Below, one piece after another: positions 26,901 to 38,900 of a stretch of 64,000 bases of DNA. This stretch comes from Klebsormidium nitens (Eukaryota > Plantae > Klebsormidiophyceae). Location of the stretch: positions 1-64,000 of the forward strand of contig DF237193.1 of NCBI GenBank assembly GCA_000708835.1, given 5' to 3'. Positions within the stretch are counted from its first letter, which is position 1, and every line of letters starts with the position of its first letter. Below the pieces are notes generated by a model. It had not been told where the DNA came from, ran no database searches, and saw nothing but the letters and a program-made list of their open reading frames with translations. The translations under genes were made by a program, and so were the position numbers.

Positions 26901-29900
26901 CGTTGGTGCCCGGCCGTCCTCGATGCGTCGTGCTCGCTGCTGAGGAAGGAGCACCTCGCGGCCATTGTGACGACATGTGCGGCGAGCGGGGCGGGAGGCT
27001 TGGGCTCTGGGGCTCTGCGGGCGGCGCTGTGCAAGCTCGTGGAGGCGCTGACGGTGCAAGACGGACGCCTGGCCGAGACTCCGGGGTTGGTGCGCGAGCT
27101 GGCGGTGCAGTTGTACACTCAAGGGGCCCGGTCGGACGTCCTGCTTGCGATTCTGGCCAAGTGGTTGCTCCAGAAAGACGGAGGCGCGGGAGGGGCGGCA
27201 GTCGCGAGCGGGGAAGCGGCGGACAAGGAGGCTGGCAAGCGGACAGAAAGCGAAGAGGCGCCACTTGAAGGGGACGGAGCGAGCTTGCGCGCTCTAGTCA
27301 CTGCGATCTGGGAAGCAGTATTTCAAAGCATCGGGTCGCTTGCTGTCAGCCCAATTTCTGATCAGCAACCCGTCGTTCTGGCAGACGCGGAATTGTCACC
27401 CCTGGAGCACGCTCTTGCGTCCTTGCCCAATCAGAGGCAGGTCTCTGTGCTCTTCCTCGGTTTCCATCTCTTTGAGCGGGCAGACAGGGTAGGGCTCTTA
27501 ACGGCAGCGGTGGAACACCTGAAGACGGCTGCAAAGGCTCTCAAGTTGCAGGCTGCCAGGCAGGCCGGGAAGAGCGGCAGCGGGGACAGCGCAACCTTCT
27601 TGGCAGGGCACCAGCTTGCTGTTTCTAGGCTGGTCCTTCTAGCCGGGAGCTTACTTGGTCATCTAGACCGATACCCGGGCTGGTTACCGGGCCAGCTTCA
27701 GAGTCTCCTAGAGCTAGCCTCCTCTAAGTCCCCTGGATCTGTTAGCAATCCAAGCTATCTCTCCCTGACTGCGTCCCTGGCCCAGCAGATCGGCGCAGCT
27801 AGCAATAGCCTCCTCGCAGACAAAGCGCTCGCACAGAGCCTGTTCCTACTAGGCCAGCCCGATGCCCCTGCTAGCGAACGCGAAGAGGAAGCATCGCGGA
27901 GGGTGGCAGAAGGCGGCGCTCCGCCCGATCTCGTTGCTTCCTTCTCGCGCTCCCTATTGTGGATACTGGCGTCCCCTCGTTTCCACTGCGGAAGCACAAC
28001 CGAGCTTCTCATTGATCGGTACCTGTCTGAGGTGTGCTGGCGGAACCTGCGGTCGTGGCCTCTTCCCTTGCTTTCGGAGGCAGACTCAGCTGAAGCGACC
28101 ACTCTCCAGCTGGCAGAGCTGCTCGAAGAAGCGAGGCCGAGTTCGCCACGGGAAGCGACGGTGGAGCTGCTCTCGTCCGTGTGGTCTGCAGTCAGGCTGG
28201 GGTCGGCGTCCGCCGGGCACGAAAACGACGCACTGGCAATTGGCACTCTGACGGTTCTCGAAGCGGGGCTGCGGGAGCGGAAGGCAGGGGACGGAGCCAG
28301 ACCCTGGGCGGCCCAGTGGAGCGAGTCCTTTGGGCAGTGGTTGGAGAGCAAGGAACCTGGCGCCTTCTTGCGGGAGCTGTGTACCCTTCTGGACGGTGCC
28401 GCAGACCGGTACGCAAGGCGCCTGCGGTGGTATCTCGAGGGATGTTACGGCGCGGAGGCGGCGCAGCTAGTGATGGTTCTCCTCCGGGCTCGGCTTGGCA
28501 ATCGGGCCTCGTTAGAGGGGGCGCTCGTGAAAGGGGGGGTTAGCGTGAGCACCGTGAGATTGATTCTACAGGGAGGGCGCCGATTGTTAGACGGCCTCTC
28601 ACCAGCTTCTCAGCTAGCGGGGAACGCAGCGACGGACAGCTCTGTCAGTGAGAGGGTTGTGAACGGGGTGTTTCGAGCAGACTCGGAGAGGTGGTTGGAA
28701 GCGGCCTTTCTGCTGCCAGGTTTCCCCTCGACGGCTGAAGTGACCAGCGCCCCAGTAGCGTCCTCCCAGATTCTCATCGGTGCAATTCTAAGCTGCATGG
28801 AGGGAGTGCTCTCGCTCGACGAACCTGGCGAGAGCGGGTGGTCTGTGGTAGAAGAAGCCCTGAGCAGGGCGACCCTGACTGGGCTGCTGGACTCAGAGGG
28901 GGCGCTCGTGAATCGTATCTGGGCAAGCCATCCTTCTTTGGATGCGGTGAGGCCCCTTTGCTTCTCGTTGTCTCTCACTCTTGGGTTGAATGTTCCTAGG
29001 CAGACAGATGACTACTCTCGTATTGGCTGCCCCAGAACATGGCGTCCTCGCTGCAGCTTGCAGATGCGAACGAGTGAAGCAAAGTCTCGAGTTTGCGATT
29101 GGTGTTTTAGGTTCGCATACTCTTATCTACGCATCTTGTACGAAGCCTTCGTCAAGCCTGTCAGTTGCAGCTTTCAAAATAACGATGATGTGGTTCCCTT
29201 CTCACAATCGGATGCCATGTTTTGACGAGGACAATGCCACAGTCCTGAGAACGTATCACCTTATATTTTGCAGGAAAGGGCGACCTCGCGCGAACTGGAC
29301 CACTCCGTGACGCTCTGCCAGACTCTGCTGCAACAGCGGGTGGTTGGTGCGCCTGGACAGCAAGCACCGGCACTGGCCCACCCTTCTCCGCCACCGCTCG
29401 AGAAACATCTCGACACGGTTCTGGAAGCTCTGACGCTCGACCTGGCAGACAAGCTGGAGGCGCTCCTGGACGAACCAACGGGGCGAGGCCTAACCATCCT
29501 TTTGGAGTACTTCTCTGGAAAGGCAGGCGAAGCGGGCGAGTCAGGCAGAGCAAGTTCTGCAGCCGCTACTAAGCCTAATAGCGGGCACGATGCAGTCGGC
29601 GCAGGGCTGGAGCCGGTCAAGGGTGATCTGTCGTTCCTTCTGAGCGCGCTCTCAAATAGTCCAAGCTCGTTGCTAAACGGGAGGATTCTCGGCCTCCTGG
29701 TGAAGATACTAAGCCCGCAAAAAGATGGAGTGGGGTTCGGAAGCACAGCCGGGGGGCCTTCGGAGGCCAAGACGGAAACCGGGTCGCCAAGGGTTTTGCT
29801 TGCGGGGGCGATAGCTCACCGTTTGCGGGCGGGCTTGTTGGGCATGGGCGAATCAGGTCTGGCCACGTGGCTGCAAGAGAGATTGCTGGGCAGCGCTGGT

Positions 29901-32900
29901 GGGTCCCTTACGTGGCATGTCCCGGCACAGCAGAGAGAGAGCGCCGGCCAGTTGCTGGAGGCGCTTGTGCACGACAGTCGAGGTGGGCTTCTGCGTTCTC
30001 ACTCAATTCGGCATCATTTGGCGACTTTGGGAAAGTTGGATCGACTTGACAGAACAGCGCCCAGGACGACGTCGACCGAAGTCATCGGTTTGTTCCTCAA
30101 AAAACGCAGTGGTCGCCTGTTCTCTGCACCCTCTTTTGAATCCACTCTTCGAAACCCTCTGTTAACAACAGCTCCTGATCATTGCTTGAACGGCCCTGCT
30201 CTATCGATATCGGGTGAACAGTAAAGCATCCGGAAAGGATGTACCTAAGACTCATGAACTTCTCCTTCTTCTACAGATTGCAGCGAGGACTTCAGTTCAC
30301 AGCTCCTCACGGCCCTGTTGTCGCGCCTCAAGCCCGCATACGCCACCTTCGAGGCCAAAAGCGTGGACGCCTACTTTGAGCTGATCGTGCGCCTTTCCGC
30401 TGACCACCCCCGCCTCATCCAGCGCACTCTCGAGGTCACGACGGACCTGCTTGACGCGTTTGCCCTCCAAGCCGGATCAATCAGCGCGGAGCAGCTAGGG
30501 CACGTGCAGAGACTCTTGGGTTTCCTGGGCGCCGTTCTTAATTCGGCCGCCGCGACCTCCGCTGCGCAGCAGCAGGGCGTTGTGCCGTCCGCTCAGGAGG
30601 TCCTGTTCCGGCCGGGGAGGGCGGGCCACTTTGAGCGGCGCGATAGGAGCGCGTCGCGGAACAGGGCCCCGCAGGTGCACGAGGCGATCGTGGAGTCGAG
30701 GGAGGAGGGACGAGACGAGGTTGTGAGGGAGGATTCGGAGGATGAAGAGGAGGAAGACCTGATCTCGTTTGGGGAGGAGGACGAGGAAGAGGAGGTGAGG
30801 GCTTGTTCTGCTTGCTGAAAAGGAGGTTTGGGTGCGCAGCTGCTTTGAAGACGCTCATACATCCGACGTTCGCCAGATGCTTATAAGCCAAGGTTTCCTT
30901 ATACGATCGTGGGACATGCTCAGAAACGGTCAGGGGAGGGCTTATCTGGCCGGCGATTGTCAGTGTCTCTGCAGAAAGAAAGCTCTTCCCTGACATTGTC
31001 GGTAGGCACGCAGCCGCTGGTTTTCCGTACCAAGAACCTGCTCTGCAGTCTGTCTTTGATTGAAAGCATACCAACTTTTCCACCAACGTCAACTCTTGGT
31101 TCACAATGCCGGTTCAAAGACTCCTTTTGCGAACTTTTGCAGGCTTTTGAGGGCGACGACGAGACGGTGGAGATGGAGGAGGACGACTTTGAGAGCGGGG
31201 AGACCAGCAGCGACGACGATGATGCCAAGCTGTGCACTTTTGGCGCCAGCGGCAGCAATTTCATTGAGCAGCACTGGTACTTCTGCTACACGTGCGACCT
31301 GGTTATGTAAGTGGCTCGTGCAAACAGCTGAACGTTTCTTCCGCTTGGAGTCTACTGCATGAGACAACGTAATGAGAAATGTATTTGCCAGCTGTCAGCA
31401 ATATTTCTGCGGGAAGTGCTCGCGACGATCTTCAGTGGAGCCGTCCAGGCCTTTCGATGCACTGTCGTAGAAGCACTACCAGTACTATTTACAGACCTCC
31501 TCTCTTCCTAAGAAGCCCTTAATCTTTCAACGGCGTCCTCGTCTTCTCCTATAGCAGAGGCGGATTGAAATAGAGACAGCGTTCCATCCTAATAATCTGT
31601 GGATTTGTGTTTGATGTTCGTTTTAAGCACAGAATTGTGTACCTTGTCGATCTGAATGCGATACCAGAGGAAAACTTGCCGCTTCCTCGCCGAAAGGTCA
31701 GCATGCGACCTTTCATAGCTGCTGAGATTATGAATCTGGAAAAGTGACGGGTTAGCTCAAGTCAGCACACTCTTTAACCAGTTTCTTTGCTCCCGCAGAT
31801 CCAAGGGCTGCTGCTCGACCTGCGCGCGCGTCTGCCACCAGGGTCACAAGGTTGTCTACTCCAAATTCAGCCGCTTCTTCTGCGACTGCGGCGCCGGCGG
31901 CTCGCGGAACAACCCCTGCCAGGCCCTAAGGCCCCGGGGGCCCCGTTCTGACACTTCCTCAAACCTGCGGGGCCAGTCTTCTGCCAGCGCTGCGCCGGCT
32001 GACAGGGCCTCTGCTCGGGGCCGCGCTTTCGGGGAGACTGCCAGCGACTCCGGGAGCGAGGCATGGTACGAGCCGCAAGAGGCGTTACAGAGCGAGCTGT
32101 TCCCAAAGCTGAGGGTGGACTCGGGGGTTTTGGCGTTCCTGGAGGAGAAGGGGCTGGAGGCGGTTCTCCTAAAGCTCTGCGACAGCTTTGCGGACGCGCT
32201 GGGGCTCGGAAACGGCGGCCTGAGAGACGTCGAGAACGAAGCGGCGTTCGACTTTTCGCTGGCGGGGGGCTTGACGCAACGGAACGACATTGTGACGTTC
32301 GCGCGGGCGCACAAGTATGGCACGTTCGAGACGAAGCTCAAGATGGAGTACTCTTCGGCGCGGGAAGTGAAAGCTGCCATTGCAAGTGGAGCGATCAGCA
32401 AGTCGCTACTCACAGTCAGCAGGAGGGGGAAGGTCGCGATCGCGGAAGGCGACAAAGTGTCGCTGTTCGAGGCAGCCGTTCTGACTGCGGCATCTGCAGA
32501 CAAGGGCGCGCCCAAACCCCTCTCGAAGAACTCGGTCCGCTTCCAGATCCTTAACCTGGAGTTCAACCCGGCCAACGACGCCCACCTGGTGGTGTCCGGC
32601 TTTGAAGACTGCCAGGTGTTCATTCTGAACTCGCGGGGCGAGGTTACGGACCGGTTAGCTGTGGAGTTGGCCCTAGAGCCTGAGACGTTCGTGGTGCAAG
32701 CGAGCTGGGTGCCGGGCAGTCAGGTTGAGCTCCTGGTGGTGACCAACCGATCGGTCAAACTTTACGACCTTTCCAAGGACAAGATCAGCCCCGCCTTCTA
32801 TGTCACCGTTCCCCAGGAGAGCATCAAGCAGGCGGTGCTAGCAAGGGACTCCGACGACCTGCTGCGAATCATCGTCCTCACCCAGCAGGGGGTACTTTTC

Positions 32901-35900
32901 CTGGGGAAGCTGTCCCCCCAGGAAGGAAGCCAGGGGGCCATCTCCCTGACTGAGCGCCTGCAGCTGCCCCCCGAACGGCAATGGCCTGGAAGCCGCGGCT
33001 GCTCTTTGTCCCACTTCCCCGAGCACCGCACGTTGATCTCTTCATACGAGGACGGTCAAGTGGTGATCGGCCGTCTCGCCGACACTTTCACCTCCTTCGA
33101 AAAGGTGTGCTTCCTGTCCGAGAACGAGCGAAGCGGGAACCTGCATTTCTGGCGGGCGGTGAGCGAAGCCTCGGGGGTGTACGTGGCAGTGAACAGTGCG
33201 CGGCAGGGGGCTGCGGTGGCAGTGCAGTTAGCGGAAGGGTCCGTCGGGACGCAGACTCTCCGTCAGGTTGGCGGGTCGTCTTTACTGAGAATGGAGGGGG
33301 TTGCGACATACGCGCCGCCAGGTTCGGGACAGAAAAGCTCGATACTGGTTCTCAACGACGACGGGGGTCTCCAGGTGTTCTCGCATGCGCCCGCGGAGGT
33401 CGGGGACCGGTACGGCGTTCCAGGAAGTGCGTACGTCCGGGGTAGAGTAGAGAGTTCGGACAGGCGAGGTCCCCAGCCGGCGGCATTGGCAGCTTCTTTC
33501 CCCCTCACTTTCTTCGAGAACACCCAATGTATCACCCAGAGCGTAACTTGGGGCGGAGACCTGGGGGACTCGGACGCCATCAAGCTCAGCCTGGCTGCCG
33601 AGGAGAGCTTTCTGGAGGCCCCCACCGCCCGGCCGTTCAAAATCCTGGTGAACAACTCTGCGGCAGAGACGGTGATGGTCGGCTGTCGGATTCACGTCGG
33701 GGCGACCGGGCGGGCGAACGTGCCGAGCCAAGTGCAGGTCTTCGACCGCACTGTCGTCTTGGAAGAAGGTGGGTTGGGAAACAGCAAGCTTGTGAGGACG
33801 CCCAATAATGCAAGCATAATTCAAGTTTGGTGGAGCTTATCTGCAGAAGCCAGCTGAGGATGGGCGTCAGGACTGCCTGATGACTGAAGGACTTGATTCG
33901 ATGTTGCATATCGCCGATTTAGAAAGCTTGAAAGGGCCTCGGAGGGTGTTGCTGCTTTTTGCATGCTTGTTCTGAGCTCTCTTTTGCGCCGCGGTGTCTT
34001 AGGAACGTCGACTGCGTTTCTCAGATCCGTTTTTCCGTCCTTCCGCAGGGAATCGAAGGTGGTACGACATTCCCTTCACGGTTGTCGAGTCCCTCACAGC
34101 AGACCGCTCCTTCACCCTTACCTTCGGATCCGCCCCCAACAACCAGCTTTCTCGGATTGACGCCATCGAGGTCTATGCTCGCTCCAAGGAGGACTTTGGT
34201 TGGCGGGAGAAAGTCGAAAGCATGCGGGATCTGCTGCAGCAAAACCGGGCCGGCCCCAGCGCGACTGCTGCGCCCCCAACAGACGCGCCCGCCGCAGCGC
34301 CTGTGAGCCCGATTGAAGAGGGCCTCTGCGCAGGACTCGAGGTCCTCGGCCTCTTCTACGGCCGGTCAGCCACTGGTGAGGTGCTGTCTTCACAGCTTGT
34401 AAACTGCTGTGTTTGAATCCTTCACTGGCATACTTATGTAGGTTCGCGATGGAAAGCAAAGACGGATTCTATGGGTATCATCCCATGTGACGGGCATTCG
34501 CCGTGTCTTTGCAAATAGGTCGTCTGTCTGTGTTATGCAGTTGCTTTGTTGATTGAAGCGGCTTGAAGAAGTCCGGTCAGCAGCGCCTCCTTCGTGGGCT
34601 TTCGTCACTGACAAGTCCGTGACACACAGCTCGCATGCGAGATTTGAGCTTATTTGGGCGAGTAGCCCTTACGCTGACTCAGCCTCTGGTGAGCCCGGAT
34701 CCAACACCAATCGATTCTTTGTTGTTTCAGGTGGTGTGAGTCCCGTCTCAAAGCACACCTTGTCGCCCCGCCTTACCGGGCATGATCATTTCGAGGACGC
34801 CGTGGAGGAACAGTCGGACGCTTTGGACGACACCGCCGCCCCAAATTCGGACCGTTCGATCGACCCCTCCCCCGGCTGCCTCGCCCTTCTGGAGAAGGCG
34901 GTCTCTGCCAGCGAGCCACACCCCTCCGTCCAGGCTTTCGCTCAACGGGTCCTGAGCTCTCTTCATCCGGGGCCCAGCGAACTGCAAAGAGCCAAAGACG
35001 CTCTCCTCATGAGCGCGTTCGCGAATTCGGTCGGCCCCTGCGCGCGTGCGCTCTCCCAGGGGGGCCACCATGCGCGCGCCCGCGCTGCGCACGTTCTCGG
35101 CTCTCAGATGCACTGGGCTTCCGAGATTGCTTCGCAGAGGTTCGAGCACTTCCGGGAAGCCGTCGCTCGTCAGGGGCCAGGGTTCAGCGACGAACTGGTC
35201 GGTGCTTTTGAGGCGGTGGTCGGCAAGGAGAGCCTAGAGGCGACGGAGCTCAGCGCATTGACAATCGACCTAGTGGAAGTGCTCTGTGGCTGCGCCCAAG
35301 AGGCGTTGGCAGAGATTGGAGAGCCTGCGGCCCGGGGATCCCTGGGCAGCCGGAATCGGGAGCTAGAGAGTACTGGGTCAGAAGACAGGGCTGCTTCCGG
35401 AGCCGCTGCCGGACCGACGGGCTCGGCTGCCTCCGTACAGCAGGGCTCACAGCCCCCCTCAGAGAAGGAGTCTCAGCAGCGTGAAGCGCAAACAGCTCGA
35501 AGCGGCCCGGAGCGGGCCGAGCATATACTCTGCGTGCTCCAGGCGCTTCTCTTCTCGCCGCAGGAGCCGGTCCGCTCTGCCGCAAGCGTGGCGCTCTCGT
35601 CGCACCTCCTCCAATCAAAGCTTGCCACGTCAGCAACGCCCCTCCAGCCACTTGCGGAGAGTGGCCCGTCCCAAGTGGTGGAGATGCCCGCACGTGCGGC
35701 GCATGTGGTTGTAGACGCGGTGCAGTTCAGCTGCGACGGTTGCAGCGCGTGTCCAATCATGAGGAGGCGGTGGCACTGTACGCAGTGTCCCGACTTTGAT
35801 CTTTGTGAGAGGTGCTATGAGGGGCGGGGCGAGCGGCGGTTTGACCAGCACCGACCGGTAAGCCGCCTTCTGTGGATTCTCACTGGCTTTTCCCCGATTG

Positions 35901-38900
35901 TGTTGCTTCTTCTCAGACTACACAGCGGCTCTTTGATTATGACAGAGTCTTGATTGTTTGAGAAGCTAATTGTTCTCTTATCAGCAATGCTTGATGTTAA
36001 ACTCATCTTCAACATCTGAGCTGATCTTGCTCCGAGAGAAGTCCCTTGGGGGTTGGTCAAGTCAATTTTAAAAGTATGATGAGCTGTTGTCGTTTTTTGT
36101 ACAACAGTAGGTGGGATCCATTGTTTTCTTCTTTCTTGATCTTTCTGCAAACATCAGCTTCTACTCAAACCTGGTTCCGTTCGCTTTCCAGGAGCATCCA
36201 ATGGTCTGCCTCCCCGTCGACGACCCCTTTAGCTTCACACCAATCCCAAACCCCCGGAGCGTCGCCGAAGCTTCGAGCCACCCTCTGTCAGACAGCGGCG
36301 ACGACTCAGACGAAGCCAGCGAACCTGCAGAGCCGCAGCCTGTCAGATCCGCAGGCAGCCAGACAGCAGAGGCAGCTTCCTCTGTGGAGGGTCAGGGGCA
36401 GGGAACGGCCTATCTTGCGATAGAAGAGATGTCGGAAGAAGAGCACTTGAAGTTGGCCCTGGAGCTGAGCATGCAGGAGACGCAACCAGATCCGGTTGCA
36501 GCGGCCCCCAAAGACGCTGATGCGGGAAGAAGTTTGGTCGGTCGTCAGGCGGTTGCGGGAAGCGGTGACGTGACTGGTGGAGCAGTGGCGGATGGTTCAC
36601 AGGAAGCGGGGCAGGTGGGGCCCAGTTCTGCAAATGGGGCCTCTCAGGAACGGGAAAAGGAACCCCCGGCCACCGATCCTCGGGCCTTGTTCCGGAAAAT
36701 GCTGCTGGAGAGCTTTGCGTCTGACGTGGGCTGGATGCACCGCTGCTCGGGATTGGAGGCAGTCCCGATCTTGCAGCTGCTGGCGCGGCTGGCCAGTGAA
36801 AGGGCGCCAGGTGGCACGCTGGGATTGGACGGCTTCGACGTGCGGCGGCTCGTCGAGGCAATGCTGCGGGAGCTCAACCTGGGGGTCTCGTTGCCGGTGG
36901 AGAGTCGGTCTGACTGGGGCGAAGTGGCCGTTCTGACGCTGAAGTTCTTTGCGTTTGTGCTGACGGACTGGGAAAGCGCCGATGGAGAGCCTGGGACGGG
37001 GGTCGAGGGGCACAAACGGAAGAACCGTCCGGAAGCTCCGAGGGCAGCGGACGGTCCAAAAGAAGCGCTGCGTCAGCCCGGCCTGCTGGAGTATCTGCTG
37101 AGCGTCCTCCAAAGGCTGGTGCCAGAGTTCGCAAAACCGAAGCGGGAGAAGAGTGGCGGGCCGGGGCACGACCAGCAAGGAGCGCTCCTCCACTCGCGCC
37201 ACGACAAGACGCTCTCCAGCCTGCAGCCCTTCTTCCCGGACGCGTACACGCGCGCGCACGGGCGCGGCGTGTTTGCCGAGTTCCCTAAGCTCGTGCTGGG
37301 GGCCGCGTTGGATCTCGCGGAGGCACTGACGGAAAGCGGAGTCAAAATCGACGGCGGGGCTCTCGCCGGCAAGGACGGGAGTGCGCCGGAGGGGCCGTGG
37401 GCGGACGTGCTCTGCTCGTACATCTACTGCTCGCAGACCCACTTCGTGCGAGACAGCGCACGGCACGTGCTCCTGCAGTCGTGCGGCAGGAACAAGCCGG
37501 CGTTCAACCTGGCGCGCGACAACTGGCTGCTGGGCAAGGAGCTGCAGCAGCTGCAGCGGCTGTCGGACAAGTCGGACGGGTTCCAGCGTCCGCTGCCGCA
37601 CGACAAGACCGTCAAGCTGGTCAAGTGCCTCGGGGTCCTCGCGGAGACGGCCGAGAAGCGGCCCCGCAGCTGGCAGTGGTTCTGCTCCCCCGGCAAAACC
37701 CCGGACGCGCTCACGTTTCTCCTGCGGGCGTCGTATCTTCTGGGGGAGGAGGCGGTGCTCCAGGCTCTGAAACTGCTGGCGCTGGCCCTGGCGGAGGAGA
37801 AGGAAGAGGGCGCCCCGCCGTCAGCAAGGCCTTCGGCGGAGTTTCTTTTGGGAAACCCAACCGAGCTGGACCGCTTCGTGCGATTCTTCCTGCTCGACTT
37901 CGGAGCCAAAGCGGTCCGGGTCCAGGCACGCGCCGTGCTCCAAAACGCGTGGCTGCGGGCGGACTCGGACGCGCAGCGAGGCGTTCTTGTAGCGTCTATC
38001 GTCAGTGCAGTTCCCGAGCTTTCGTCGTACGGGACCAACGTGCACGAGATTTCCGGCCTGCTCAAGTGGCTCTTCGCGAAGGGCGCGGAGCGTGACCCGG
38101 GCGGCTGGAGCGCGGCGCTTACGCTCGCGGGCGTGTCGGCGCGCGTGCTCGACGCTCTGCGGGCGCATAACCGGCTGCTCGAGACGCATCCCAACGGGCG
38201 GGCGTACGGAACGCTTCAGTCGCTGATCGAATTCGACGGGTACTACCTGGAAAGCGAGCCGTGCACCGCGTGCAACAACGTAGAGGTGCCGTTCTCGAAG
38301 CTGAAGCTGGAGAGCATCAAGCAGGAGACCAAGTACACGGACAACCGCATCCTCGTGCGTTGCCCCAGCAGCTACACGCTCGAAAGTTTTTCCATGGCCG
38401 TGCACGACGCACGCCGCTCCAAGAGCGTGAAGGTCCTCCGCTTATACTATAACAACCGGGCGGCCAGCGACCTGTCGGAGCTGAAGGGCAACTGGGCGCT
38501 CTGGAAGAAGGTGAAGAGCTATCACTTGGCGCCCAACCAGGCGGAGCTGAAGGCGGAGCTGACGGTGCCCGTCACAGGGTGCAACTTCATGTTCGAGTTT
38601 GCGGAGCTGTATGAGAACCTGCAGGCCAGCAGCCTCGAGCACCTGCAGGTGAGCCCGCCTGCCTCCCTTTCTTATGAGCAGCGACTTTGTCAGAGTTTTT
38701 GAAGTCGTCTGCTCGTTTGCAAGACAAACTATGCCGGGGGAGGGCTTGCCTTGGCGGCTGCCTTACATGTCCCTTGTGCTTTCTGTGCTTGCGGTTTCCT
38801 TTTTGACACCCTTTCTTCAGAATATCAATTCCGAAGTTGTATTGTTTGTCAAGGTCTCTTCAGCACTCTGCAGAGTCTTTGGTTGTCTTCCTTCACTTCT

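Noticed and set aside
29057-29110. Possible extra BIG exon ([14 protein letters not shown] frame)
   Set aside because: Its splice phases do not fit the neighbouring exons, whereas 28946 joins 29274 directly in frame.
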